64,000 nt of DNA from a bacterium (GTDB taxonomy: Bacteria; Acidobacteriota; Blastocatellia; HR10). The notes under the pieces were generated by a model that worked only from the letters and a program-made list of their open reading frames with translations, searched no databases and had not been told where the DNA came from. The stretch spans positions 128,001-192,000 of the forward strand of contig JBEPZV010000002.1 in the NCBI GenBank assembly GCA_041640655.1, given 5' to 3'. Shown piece by piece: positions 1 through 9,283 of the stretch. The translations under genes and the position numbers were made by a program. Within the stretch, counting starts at the first letter, position 1. Each line of letters begins with the position of its first letter.

Positions 1-394
1 CGGCATGAGCGTACGCTCAAAGAGACATACCCTCCGCCGACGTCAAACCTCCCCTTGAGTCTCGTGGGACCTCGTGAGGCACGCTATCCCCTTTCCCAAC
101 CGAAGTGGGTTCCCGATGACCCCATCCGCCTCACAAGCAGCTGCCAGCAGAGCCGGCCCCACGGTAGTCTGAACGCATCGCCAGCGGCCGCGAAGATGCT
201 CCAGTCGGGAGCCCCCGCCGCAGCTTTGTTCCTCATCGGGATGGGCGAGCAGCAGTGCGTCACAAACCCTCAGCCCTGCCGCCCGGCATTTCCTCTCACG
301 ATCGGAGGAGCGCACCCAACCGTGATCCCGATGTTTCAGCCGGCATCCGTCGCTCGTGATCTCCCCCTGTTCGGCAAATGCGCGCTTTCGTCCC

Positions 395-658
395 TTACAC
401 GATATTCTCCGTCTCTCCCCTGATCTGCCCTAGGACCTCCTTCCTCACCCACCGCGCCTCCCTCAAGATGTAGAGGTAGATGGAATCGCGCTCCTCATCG
501 ATGATGTCCTTCAACCCGAGCTTCACACGCTCCAGTTGCGCCTCGCTCAGCTCCCCCTCGAATGCGGAATTCTGCACCCAATTCAGGTAGCGGCGCAGGA
601 ACTGACAGACTTTCGCGACCCGCTCTTGCTCCACATCATAGACGAGGATAACGTACAT
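395..658 (-). CDS. cas2: CRISPR-associated endonuclease Cas2
   Basis: MYVILVYDV...LNWVQNSAFEGEL motif, 87 aa, follows cas1; ATG at 658 after a GGGAGGG RBS. Confidence 0.97.
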   Translation of the reverse strand: MYVILVYDVEQERVAKVCQFLRRYLNWVQNSAFEGELSEAQLERVKLGLKDIIDEERDSIYLYILREARWVRKEVLGQIRGETENIV

Positions 659-671
659 TGCCCTCCCCCTC

Positions 672-1859
672 TCACCACCATGCGCGCAGCGCCTGATACG
701 GCTCAATTCCCAGCAGATGCCGCACGAGCTTGTAGCACTCTAATCGGATGAACCCACGATACGAGACATGCCGCCCAAGGCGCCGATGCTTCACCGTCGT
801 TTGCAGCCGATGCTCGAACTCCTGCACGACGATCTTGCGCGCGCGTTCCTTCAAAGCTGCGAACCCCACCTCCGACAGGAGATCGCCCTCGCCGATCATT
901 TGCCGATTGATCAACGCGAAGATCATCTTGTCTACAATCATCGGCTTGAAGACCTCAGCGATGTCCAGCGCCAGGGAGAACCGACGCGTCCCCGGTTCAT
1001 GCAGGTACGAGATCGTGGGATTGAGGGGCGTTCGGTAGATCTGCGAGAGCACGGCCGCATACAACAGTGAGTTCCCGAAGCTGATCAGCGCGTTGATCAA
1101 ATTATCGGGCGGACGCTTCACGCGCTTGAGAAACGGCGTCTCCAGATCGAGAATCTCATTGAAGGCGCGATAGTAGATCTCGCGCATGCGCCCTTCGGCC
1201 CCCATGAGCGCCGCGATGGAGTCGGCGCGTTCAAGCTCCGCAGCCTCTCGCTCCAAGGCTTCGATGACCTCTTGCAACGCCTTGCCCCGATTCCGGTAGT
1301 AGAGCACGTTGCGATGGAGGTTGTGATAAGCGCCGCGCGCGAACTCCCGCGCGATCGTGAGCCGCTTGGCCGCATCGGTGTAATGCTCCACCTGCCTCAC
1401 GAGCAGGTGTCCGGAAACGTTCGTCTCTCGCGGATAGTAGGAACCGCTGTAGAACCCATAGTAGTTGAAGACGTGAACCGGAATGCCCTTCTGCGCGAGG
1501 AAGTTCAGAAGCTTCGTATTCAGGGCGATCTCACCGAAGAGGAAGAGTTCGGTGACATCCTCAACCGGGATAATCCGCCGACGCTCAGATGAAACTGCGG
1601 TCTTACGCCTCTCGTCATCTGGCGGAGATCCGGCTTCTCCTGCGGAATTGGGCGCTCGCCCTACCTCGGCCGCCGAAGATTCTTCGGGCTCCTCGCCCGC
1701 GCGTTCCGAGGGAAGCCCGTGCCCATACTCAGTCCCCGCAGAAGATCGCTCGGCTTCGTCCACGCGTTGAGAGATCGCCGGATCTTCCCCCTCCAAATAT
1801 AACGTGTTCCCTCTTCGCCGAAGACGCCCGTTTTGGAAGACATAATAACTGCGCGCCAT
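672..1859 (-). CDS. cas1: CRISPR-associated endonuclease Cas1 (type I-B), with a ~66-aa acidic insertion
   Basis: GRLRRRGNTLY, IPVEDV...FGEIALNTKLL, HVFNYYGFYSGSYYPRE, NALISFGN, SYLHEP, SLALDIAEVFKP motifs. Confidence 0.97.
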   Translation of the reverse strand: MARSYYVFQNGRLRRRGNTLYLEGEDPAISQRVDEAERSSAGTEYGHGLPSERAGEEPEESSAAEVGRAPNSAGEAGSPPDDERRKTAVSSERRRIIPVEDVTELFLFGEIALNTKLLNFLAQKGIPVHVFNYYGFYSGSYYPRETNVSGHLLVRQVEHYTDAAKRLTIAREFARGAYHNLHRNVLYYRNRGKALQEVIEALEREAAELERADSIAALMGAEGRMREIYYRAFNEILDLETPFLKRVKRPPDNLINALISFGNSLLYAAVLSQIYRTPLNPTISYLHEPGTRRFSLALDIAEVFKPMIVDKMIFALINRQMIGEGDLLSEVGFAALKERARKIVVQEFEHRLQTTVKHRRLGRHVSYRGFIRLECYKLVRHLLGIEPYQALRAWW

Positions 1860-2004
1860 CTCGCCCCCTCCCATTCATCATCAGCCCACAAAGCCGCCCC
1901 CATCCGCGCGACTCATGTCTCGGATGAGCTTCGTCGGCACTGCGATCTCCACACCGCGCTCAGCGCGCCATAAATCCGGCGCGATTTCGACCGCCTCATT
2001 CAGT

Positions 2005-2520
2005 TCATCCCCAACACAACTCAGCATAAGCGCAGGACCGACAAATCGGCATGAACTCGACTTGTGGCGGCGCGGGAAGCTGCTCAATCCGACGGATCTC
2101 CCGCAACGCCGCTTCGACCTCTCGCTCAGCGTCTTCGGTCAGCCACACTGGTTCCCGCCGCCGCTCTTTGGGAAAGCGCAGCTCGCCGGTCAGTCCCGCC
2201 ACGCCCAGGCGTTTCAGGTAATAGAGGTAGTAGAGGACTTGCCGTCGGGCGGCCTCTTTCATACACTGAGAATATTTAACCTCCAGCACCTTCCATTCGC
2301 TTTCCAGAAGATCCACCTTAATGAGATTATCAATGAGCAATTCTCGTCGTGGCTTCTCGCCGTAGGCACGCTCGTGAAGCAATTTGCCCAAAGCCACGCG
2401 GTCGCTCTCTTGCTCCATGCGAATGTCGTGGCTATAGAGCCAGAGTTTCCGCGGACAGACCACATAGTAGTTGACCTTGATACCGTTCGTCTTCAGCTCG
2501 GCAAATTCTTCATCGGTCAT
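2005..2520 (-). CDS. cas4: CRISPR-associated exonuclease Cas4
   Basis: YYVVCPRKLW, GKLLHE, D..EVK, QVLYYLYYL, and C-terminal CRSCAYAELC Fe-S cysteines; start trimmed to ATG 2520. Confidence 0.96.
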   Translation of the reverse strand: MTDEEFAELKTNGIKVNYYVVCPRKLWLYSHDIRMEQESDRVALGKLLHERAYGEKPRRELLIDNLIKVDLLESEWKVLEVKYSQCMKEAARRQVLYYLYYLKRLGVAGLTGELRFPKERRREPVWLTEDAEREVEAALREIRRIEQLPAPPQVEFMPICRSCAYAELCWG

Positions 2521-2533
2521 CGTCCATCTCTCC

Positions 2534-5086
2534 TCAAATGATCCAGTCGGGCACGGGAGACTCGACCTCGCCTTCGCGAACATCCAAAGTTTCATAAACA
2601 GCGCGTGACAAATAGGGAAAACCTTCGGTAATCTGGCCGACCGAGAAATCGCCCAATCGCTGGATAGGCATCGAGAGGGTATACGCCTGGAACATCGGTC
2701 GGAGCAACCGACTGATGCTGAACGCCAACCGACGCCCCGTCTCACGAGAGAGCTGACACGCATATTGCTTCACTCTCTCTGCTTCAACATGGAGAAATTC
2801 TCTCAATGGGCGGAACAATTCTCCCGAGTCACAGAGTTTGCACAGTAAATCCAATGCTCTCATTGGATCTTTACTCGACCACAGCTCAACAGCAATCTCC
2901 TTCAAAAATTCAGCCGTCTCATCGGCAATGCAAAATACCGAAACCTTCCAGGCCCGCTCCTCACCACGAAAGAGCTTCTGGAAATCCAGCTCGTCAAACT
3001 GCCAGGCGAGCGCCGAGCGCAAGATCTGCTCGGACGGCTCGCTCGACAACCGCCGCTCTAACTCCTCCACATACTCTCGCTGAATCTCCCCATAGTCGCA
3101 TTCCTCGATGATATTTCGCCTTCTTGAAAGGACATCCAGCGTTGCCGCCGTGAAGAGAGAATCGTAGATGTAGCTGTGGAACTCTCGTCCACGGTCGTTT
3201 TCATCATCCACCCAGCGATGCACCCAGACATCGGCCGGCGGTCGCTTGCCAAACCGATTCACCCGCCCGCAGATCTGCAACAGCGAATCCCACGGCGCAA
3301 AGTCCCGCACCGCCTCGTCCATATCGAGATCAACGCCGGCCTCGACGCATTGCGTCGAGACAACGCCCACCCACGCCTCCGGATCGCTTTCGATGAGCGT
3401 GCGGATTTCCTTGATCCGCCGGAGGCGTTCTACCGGCACAACGCTACCCGATAGATGGAAGAGCCTGAGCTCCCGAAACTCCCTTTCCTCTTCCTTGAGC
3501 TGACTGAGACGCGCGAATAGATCCCGCGCGCTGCGAATCGTATTGGCCACAAGCAGAACTTTTTTCCCCTTGCGTTGGAGGAGCCAATCGCCGAGCTGCG
3601 ATAGATAGTGGCTAAATGGAATGGGCTCCAGGTCGCGATGCAGGCGCGTCCGCGCGAGCGATCCGAAGTAAGATTTCTCATCTCGCACGAGTCCCGGTAT
3701 GCCCCGCAGAAAAGGCGGATGCGTGGCCGTCATATACAGGATCCGAACGCCGAGCTTTTCGCGAAGCTTTTCCAGAAATGTCCCTACGGCCGGGATGAGC
3801 CGCGCCGGGATCGTCTGCACTTCATCGAGCAGCGACACCGCTCCCGGTAGGCGAAAGAAACGACGGATGAAGCCGCGATCCTGCGAGAGGAACGAATAGA
3901 AGAGTTGATCAAAGGTCGTCACGATGAGGTCCGCGTCCCAATCCTCTAAGGCGAATCGCGCCTTCTCGAAGTTCGCTTCTTCGTTACTTTTGCTTTCGGG
4001 GAAGCTCAGGCTGTGATGCTGGATCACGGAAACGCCGGTTTTGTCTTCTGGGAAAACTCGACGCGCAATGTCCGTCGCCTGCTCGATGATGGAAAGATAA
4101 GGCAGCGCGTAAATGACGGGCTTCGATCCTTGCCTATCCTCGTGCTTGCGTTGCACGGCTCCAGCGAGGTAAAGGCCCATCAGCGTCTTGCCAAGTCCCG
4201 TCGGCAGAGTCAATCTGAAGGCCGAATCGTCCGAGCCTTCGAGGGCTTTTTGAATCTCCTGCCAGGCTCTCTCGCGAAGCCCCTGAAAGAGCGGGCTGGC
4301 CGGCGGTTGAGCGGACGCGTACTGTCGAATCCGTTCGGGATCAAGCGGCGCGGCTTGTTGGGGTTCGGGCGCTCTCACGACGCAAGCGACATCGGCTTCA
4401 GTCAGAGCCGAGACGACGAGCAGGAGGGCGAAATAAAGGTCAACGAGCCAACTCTCGGAAGGATTCGCTTCGTCGGCTTTCTGTCTGAGCAGTTGGCCGA
4501 ATTTTTGAAAGCATTTAGTGATCTGTTGGGCCGTCATTTTCTCGAACTGCTTGCGGTAATCCGCAAAGCGTAGAGTCAGGTCGAGCGGCTCGCATCGCAT
4601 CACGAAACCCCAGATGCGCTCGTCTATGTTGCTTTGAGCAACGGCGATCTGATGCTCGATACTCGCTTCTTCAAAAGCTTCTTCGAGGTTACAGAGCAGC
4701 CCATGATGGCGGTTGACGGCGTAGGCGCAGACGAAGGGGAGCAGCCGCGTCGGCTGCGGCTTCTGGCCGAAAACATGCGAGGCGACGATGAAGGTGAAGA
4801 CCGAGGAGATCGCCGCGTGATCTTTATCCTTGCCTTTGCCGCCATGGATGTAATCCTGGAACTGATGCTTCGCCTTTCCGAAGTCGTGCGTGCATCCGGT
4901 GATGAAGGCCGCTTTAGCGAGATCGTCGGCGCGAACGGCTAAATTCAAACCTGATTTGAGGCGGAGGATGAGCGTTGCGGCGCGACGGCCGGTGTCGCTA
5001 AGGTGATCGTAAAGCCGAATCGGCCGCCCCGACGCATCCGGCGGATGCGAGATCAATTCACGCATCTGGGGCGAAGGTATCGTCAT
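2534..5086 (-). CDS. cas3: CRISPR-associated helicase/endonuclease Cas3 (HD + SF2 helicase)
   Basis: LYDHL...HDFGKA...HHG HD domain; PTGLGKT, DEVQ, MTAT, STQCVEAGVDLD, QICGRVNR helicase motifs. Confidence 0.97.
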   Translation of the reverse strand: MTIPSPQMRELISHPPDASGRPIRLYDHLSDTGRRAATLILRLKSGLNLAVRADDLAKAAFITGCTHDFGKAKHQFQDYIHGGKGKDKDHAAISSVFTFIVASHVFGQKPQPTRLLPFVCAYAVNRHHGLLCNLEEAFEEASIEHQIAVAQSNIDERIWGFVMRCEPLDLTLRFADYRKQFEKMTAQQITKCFQKFGQLLRQKADEANPSESWLVDLYFALLLVVSALTEADVACVVRAPEPQQAAPLDPERIRQYASAQPPASPLFQGLRERAWQEIQKALEGSDDSAFRLTLPTGLGKTLMGLYLAGAVQRKHEDRQGSKPVIYALPYLSIIEQATDIARRVFPEDKTGVSVIQHHSLSFPESKSNEEANFEKARFALEDWDADLIVTTFDQLFYSFLSQDRGFIRRFFRLPGAVSLLDEVQTIPARLIPAVGTFLEKLREKLGVRILYMTATHPPFLRGIPGLVRDEKSYFGSLARTRLHRDLEPIPFSHYLSQLGDWLLQRKGKKVLLVANTIRSARDLFARLSQLKEEEREFRELRLFHLSGSVVPVERLRRIKEIRTLIESDPEAWVGVVSTQCVEAGVDLDMDEAVRDFAPWDSLLQICGRVNRFGKRPPADVWVHRWVDDENDRGREFHSYIYDSLFTAATLDVLSRRRNIIEECDYGEIQREYVEELERRLSSEPSEQILRSALAWQFDELDFQKLFRGEERAWKVSVFCIADETAEFLKEIAVELWSSKDPMRALDLLCKLCDSGELFRPLREFLHVEAERVKQYACQLSRETGRRLAFSISRLLRPMFQAYTLSMPIQRLGDFSVGQITEGFPYLSRAVYETLDVREGEVESPVPDWII

Positions 5087-5190
5087 GGTCTTTCAGATTC
5101 GAAATATTAAGCTCGATCTTCCCCGAAGTCGTTCGTGAGGAGGTTCAAGGAGCAAGAGATGCTGATTGAGTCTACGCCGTGTCCCATCGC

Positions 5191-5200
5191 TGCTCAATCC
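5191..5200. repeat. 10-bp direct repeat TGCTCAATCC, copy 1 (left flank of the III-D cassette)
   Basis: Identical 10-mer at 16108-16117, which spans the cas5 stop codon. Confidence 0.6.
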
Positions 5201-5225
5201 CCTATCCTTACAGATCAAAGCTCCG

Positions 5226-6506
5226 TTAATCATCCTCGGGAAGCTGAGGAAGATGATACTCATTGAGATTTTTCAAGCGATCCTGAACTAGTTTCGACAA
5301 AAAGTCTTCCACCACGACATCTCGGAGCTTCTGAAAGGCTTCTTGACCCACCGGTTGGAAACCATGCGCCAAGGGCGAGATGTTGCGGCATTCAAGATAG
5401 GGCTTCAGCCGAGATTTAGATTCTCGATACAGGTTGAGAAAATGTTGCCCTAGCTCGTCTCCAAGATCAGCGAGGAGCTCGTAGCCATGGAGCATACCTA
5501 CCTTGAGGCGCCCGTCAGGCCCCACACGGGATTCCCATTTGGGCCGCACGGCTTCTGGGATAACCCCCAAACAGACGTTGTCACTTCGAATGCCCTTGTC
5601 GTGGAGGCGCCGTTGGGCGATATACTCCATCAAACGATAGAGGAGGGCCACGGCCACATCATATCTATGCTCCTTCGCTCGCCGATCCGCATTCGCCAGG
5701 ATGTCTAAGGAGATTGCCTCGTTTAACGGTAAGCCGCACCTGCAGCTCTCACTTTTACACCGACTATTCCAGATCCCATGGACGATGGGGCTAGCCCTTT
5801 TAAGTTCGTTTTCAAGCCCTAAATCCTGTACGATGTCCTCGAAGTCCTTAAGCACCTGGCGAAGGCCCTGAGCTGCATCTTCGTAGTGAAGCACGTCCCA
5901 GGCTTCGCAGGCCTTCGCCAGTTGCTCTACAAAATTCAACCGTCTTTTGTGTTCTTCTCTGACTATACGCCACTGAAGGTCCTCGATGCGATTCAGAACG
6001 CTCGCAAAGTGGCCCGCATTGAAAAGTTGGACCAATGTCTTCCAATGTCGCCGGAACAGGAGATTTGATGGCGGGAAGCTCAATAGGCGCTCGGTGCCTG
6101 ACTTGACCTGACCCCGTTCGTCCCGCTCCCCCTCAATATAACTAACGCCAGCCAATTCGAGATTGATGGCCACATAGTCCACAGCGGCTGACATCGCTTT
6201 GGTGCCTCGCGTGTAGTCAACATAAACCTGATTAGGTTGAAACCCTCGATCCCGGAATAAAACCCGACGAATGACCTTCTCGTATTGTAATGCTAGCTCT
6301 TGAACATCATTGATCTCTTGAAACTCTTCGATCTTGTAGCGAGACTCAGGGAGGGATTGGGTTTGAACGACCTTATCAACGTTGCTTCGGCTCTGAGGCG
6401 TACAGAGAAAAAGAACGAAGTCTGGATTATGCTGGTCGGTGGCAAATACCAGCGAGCGATCTACATCCTTACCAACCCCAACTGTCAGAACTAATGCTTT
6501 ACTCAT
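5226..6506 (-). CDS. CARF-HEPN cOA-activated ribonuclease (TIGR02710/Csm6-Csx1-like)
   Basis: N-terminal CARF (LVLTVG, FLCT, VDYTRGTKAMSAA), helical middle, C-terminal HEPN motif RNISPLAHG. Confidence 0.88.
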   Translation of the reverse strand: MSKALVLTVGVGKDVDRSLVFATDQHNPDFVLFLCTPQSRSNVDKVVQTQSLPESRYKIEEFQEINDVQELALQYEKVIRRVLFRDRGFQPNQVYVDYTRGTKAMSAAVDYVAINLELAGVSYIEGERDERGQVKSGTERLLSFPPSNLLFRRHWKTLVQLFNAGHFASVLNRIEDLQWRIVREEHKRRLNFVEQLAKACEAWDVLHYEDAAQGLRQVLKDFEDIVQDLGLENELKRASPIVHGIWNSRCKSESCRCGLPLNEAISLDILANADRRAKEHRYDVAVALLYRLMEYIAQRRLHDKGIRSDNVCLGVIPEAVRPKWESRVGPDGRLKVGMLHGYELLADLGDELGQHFLNLYRESKSRLKPYLECRNISPLAHGFQPVGQEAFQKLRDVVVEDFLSKLVQDRLKNLNEYHLPQLPEDD

Positions 6507-6540
6507 AGTAGCTGGTCCCTCCGCAAAATAAGAAGAGCGA

Positions 6541-7539
6541 TCATCGAACTTCCTCCACAATCCAGCGCTCGACTTCTTGGCGGGCGCGCTCAAGTTGTCC
6601 GGGAGTTTGCGCAGTGGTCGTGAGCCGAAAGCCGATTCCCCGAACCCTCCGCCCCGGCAAATAGAGAACGAGCGCCTTCGGAGCTTCTGCCCTCACCCTG
6701 GGCTGCCCTTCCCGCCAGCCGATGTCCTCGATGCGCTCTACAAACAGAAAACGGTTGGCTAAACGGTCTGCCCACTTTCTGGTTTCCTCGGCTTCCTTAG
6801 GCTCTTTTCGTGCCAGGCTCTTCTCGCATTCGCCAGCCCGGGGTTCGGGCAGGGCCTCGACGCTCTCCAGGACCCGCAAGACCATCCGCCCCAGATCGGT
6901 CGGTCCACTAGCCGTGAGCAGTCCGTTCTGTTCGAGAAGTCCTTTGACCTCGGGACGCACCGAGCTGCCTTTCAGCCCCGCGATGATGTCCCCTAACAGC
7001 GGGAAAAGCCCAATGAAGGGCAGATTCACCAGCTTGATCTGGTCGACGGGCGGATGAAGTGCCCGCTCTTGCTCTTCTTTGCTCTTGTTCCGGAGTTTCG
7101 AAATGTGCCCTTCCTCCTCCAGCACAGGGTCATCCACAAGCACATGGAAAAGGCGCCTGGCACCATAAAACTGTACTGCCAGCGTCAGGAGTGCCGACAT
7201 GGCCTTGCGTCCGCCGGCGATGGAGGCGTAGACCTCCCAGCCCTTCTTGCGGTATTCCCTCAGGACGGCGCAGGCTTGATTCATGAACTCCAAGGCGGCT
7301 GTATCGGAGTCTACATCGTAGAAGGCTTCCAGGATGGGGGGCTCCAGAAGCGTTACCTTGCCATCGTAGTAATCCGGCAGATGCTCTCTCAAAAGACTCA
7401 GTGCATCCCGGGCATCGGTGTCTTGAGTCGTCAGAATGACGACATAGTCTATATGCACGCCGTCTGCCCGGAGGCGGTCAATGGCTTCCGTGACGACGGC
7501 GGGGCTCTCCCCCAGCGTGGCGAGGAGGACTTTCTTCAT
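6541..7539 (-). CDS. CARF protein of ring-nuclease type with a probable wHTH and an extra C-terminal domain
   Basis: LATLGESPAVVTE and SIAGGRKAMS CARF motifs; ATG 7539 after AAGGAGAGGGAG; ~100-aa C-terminal alpha/beta domain not recognised with certainty. Confidence 0.82.
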   Translation of the reverse strand: MKKVLLATLGESPAVVTEAIDRLRADGVHIDYVVILTTQDTDARDALSLLREHLPDYYDGKVTLLEPPILEAFYDVDSDTAALEFMNQACAVLREYRKKGWEVYASIAGGRKAMSALLTLAVQFYGARRLFHVLVDDPVLEEEGHISKLRNKSKEEQERALHPPVDQIKLVNLPFIGLFPLLGDIIAGLKGSSVRPEVKGLLEQNGLLTASGPTDLGRMVLRVLESVEALPEPRAGECEKSLARKEPKEAEETRKWADRLANRFLFVERIEDIGWREGQPRVRAEAPKALVLYLPGRRVRGIGFRLTTTAQTPGQLERARQEVERWIVEEVR

Positions 7540-7852
7540 GGCGGCTCCCTCTCCTTTCGGCAAACCACACAAGGAAGCGGCTGGTGTACCCGAGCACCTC
7601 GGTCACATCTTCTCTCGACAGCGGGGACAGGCGCGAGCGCCATTCCTGCATCACAATAGCAATTGTGCGCGCTGCCCGTTGAGGATCGGAGCGAAGTGCC
7701 GGAGAACTCGCCATCGAATGGGCAAGCTGAATTGCCTTGTCCAACCCTTGGCGCGCAGCATACTGTGCCCACCGCTCCCACTCCGTCCGCCGCAGACCCC
7801 CTAACCGCTCGGCAAGCTGACGTGCCAGTTCGACTTTCTCATCCGTGGTCAT
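7478..7852 (-). CDS. Small alpha-helical type III-associated protein (possible second Cas11-like subunit)
   Basis: Start overlaps the upstream RAMP stop (TGATG); helical, with C-terminal VLGYTSRFL resembling the YLGFLVRKF end of the Cas11 at 11902. Confidence 0.6.
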   Translation of the reverse strand: MTTDEKVELARQLAERLGGLRRTEWERWAQYAARQGLDKAIQLAHSMASSPALRSDPQRAARTIAIVMQEWRSRLSPLSREDVTEVLGYTSRFLVWFAERRGSRHEESPPRHAGGEPRRRHGSH

Positions 7853-8844
7853 CAGTACACCTCCCGGGGACACCGTTCATCTTTCGACTCAAAACCCGCT
7901 TTCAGCGCATTCCACGACGCCTTATGCAGAAGTCCGCTATCTTGACACGCCTGGAGGTACCGGGAAATGAGCCGAAGCACCTCTTTGCCTTGCACTACCT
8001 GGGGATTCAGTAAGCCTTTCACATTCCCGCCCCAGAACCGCATCCTCACCGGACGAAATTCCACTGAGCCAAAGCACCGGGGCTTGGCGCCGCCCAGTTT
8101 GGGAGAAAAGGCAATCTGGACCGACCCGTCTGCCAGCTCCCATCCGAGTGCATGCAGGAGTAACCCCAACTCCGCTTCGCTCAGGTTCTCAAACAGGAGA
8201 GCACCGCGAAATTTCGCCTCCCTCTGCACAGCCTCTACAAAGCGAAAGTTTTGCTGAGGAATAGAGTTCCCCACGGGCTGAAAGGTCTTGCGCTCATAGA
8301 AACGGCGCCGGTTCGGGTCAAAGCGCTTGGGCTCCCAGAGCTCGCCGATTTTCTCCACCTTAGGCTGCGTCTCTCCCTGCACCAGGAAATCGGTGAAATG
8401 CACTCGCCCTCGATAGCCGGTCGTCCCAAACAGCCGGCACGCTGGGCAGAGCGGGCTTCTCTCGTCGCGAAAGCGGCAGGGCTGATGCTGGCTTGAGCTA
8501 ACGCGCTCCCGTGGACGCCGAATCTGTGATACGCACGAATTCGAGATCGCCTCCACGATCGCCCGGATAGCGCCTTTGAGGCTGGTGCCCGGCACGCAGA
8601 GCTGCCCGTTCCGACGGTAGAAGGTGTACCACACATCGGGGCGCCGATTCCCGTGGTTCTGGTCGAACTCATACGCCCCGGAGCCTACGAAGAGGTATTC
8701 CGAGACGACCGTAAAGGTAAGCTCAAGCCGTCCAGTAAGCCCTGTAAATCTTTCGTGGGTTGTGACCTGCTGGCGCACCGGCGCCTCAGACGGGATCGGC
8801 ACCAGCACAAACGGCTTAGGCTCAGCGTTCGGATTCCTGGGCAT
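7852..8844 (-). CDS. Type III-D Cas7-group RAMP (terminal subunit)
   Basis: KPFVLVP, LFVGSG, VPGTSLKGAIR, CPACRLFG, GRVHF, LGGAKPRCFG. Confidence 0.9.
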   Translation of the reverse strand: MPRNPNAEPKPFVLVPIPSEAPVRQQVTTHERFTGLTGRLELTFTVVSEYLFVGSGAYEFDQNHGNRRPDVWYTFYRRNGQLCVPGTSLKGAIRAIVEAISNSCVSQIRRPRERVSSSQHQPCRFRDERSPLCPACRLFGTTGYRGRVHFTDFLVQGETQPKVEKIGELWEPKRFDPNRRRFYERKTFQPVGNSIPQQNFRFVEAVQREAKFRGALLFENLSEAELGLLLHALGWELADGSVQIAFSPKLGGAKPRCFGSVEFRPVRMRFWGGNVKGLLNPQVVQGKEVLRLISRYLQACQDSGLLHKASWNALKAGFESKDERCPREVY

Positions 8845-9283
8845 CGCTTCTTACCTCCCGTGGACTGACAAAGGTTGCGACCTTGTCCCGATAAAAGACC
8901 CGACATATCAGGCGAGCTTCCCGAGCGTTGACGACAGGGTAGACTTCAAACTGCGGGGCAAAGCGCTTGTCTTCCAGGTTGACCAATTGGCTTGTACACT
9001 CCACGACCTCCCACTCTCCCGGGACCGGCCTGAGCGCATCAGGCAGATCCCGGCGCTCCGCATCGCTCAGGACCCAGACCCGATAGAGCCCCTCGGCTGC
9101 CTTCTCCCAGCGGATCTCTACCTCGTGGTTGAAGGCACACCCAGCATCCCGGAGTTCCACGCTGTTCGGAAAATCAAGCTGCGCAAGCTCCCAGCTCAGG
9201 AGCACCCGCCCAGATAGCCGCTCGATGAGCTGCACGAGCGCTTCTGCGCCGAGTTCGCCCGCATAGACCCAGCCCCGCATCAT
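8822..9283 (-). CDS. csx19: Type III-D subunit Csx19 (probable)
   Basis: 153 aa, GCAFNHEVEIRWE motif, canonical position between Cas7 genes in III-D. Confidence 0.7.
   Translation of the reverse strand: MMRGWVYAGELGAEALVQLIERLSGRVLLSWELAQLDFPNSVELRDAGCAFNHEVEIRWEKAAEGLYRVWVLSDAERRDLPDALRPVPGEWEVVECTSQLVNLEDKRFAPQFEVYPVVNAREARLICRVFYRDKVATFVSPREVRSDAQESER

Noticed and set aside
1..394. CRISPR array expected after cas2
   Set aside because: No periodic repeats are visible. This is probably leader or non-coding DNA with any array outside the window; the ORFs here have no recognisable motifs.
2521..2763. N-terminal extension of Cas4 in the ORF track
   Set aside because: It overlaps the cas3 3' end; the RBS and Cas4 homology begin at ATG 2520.
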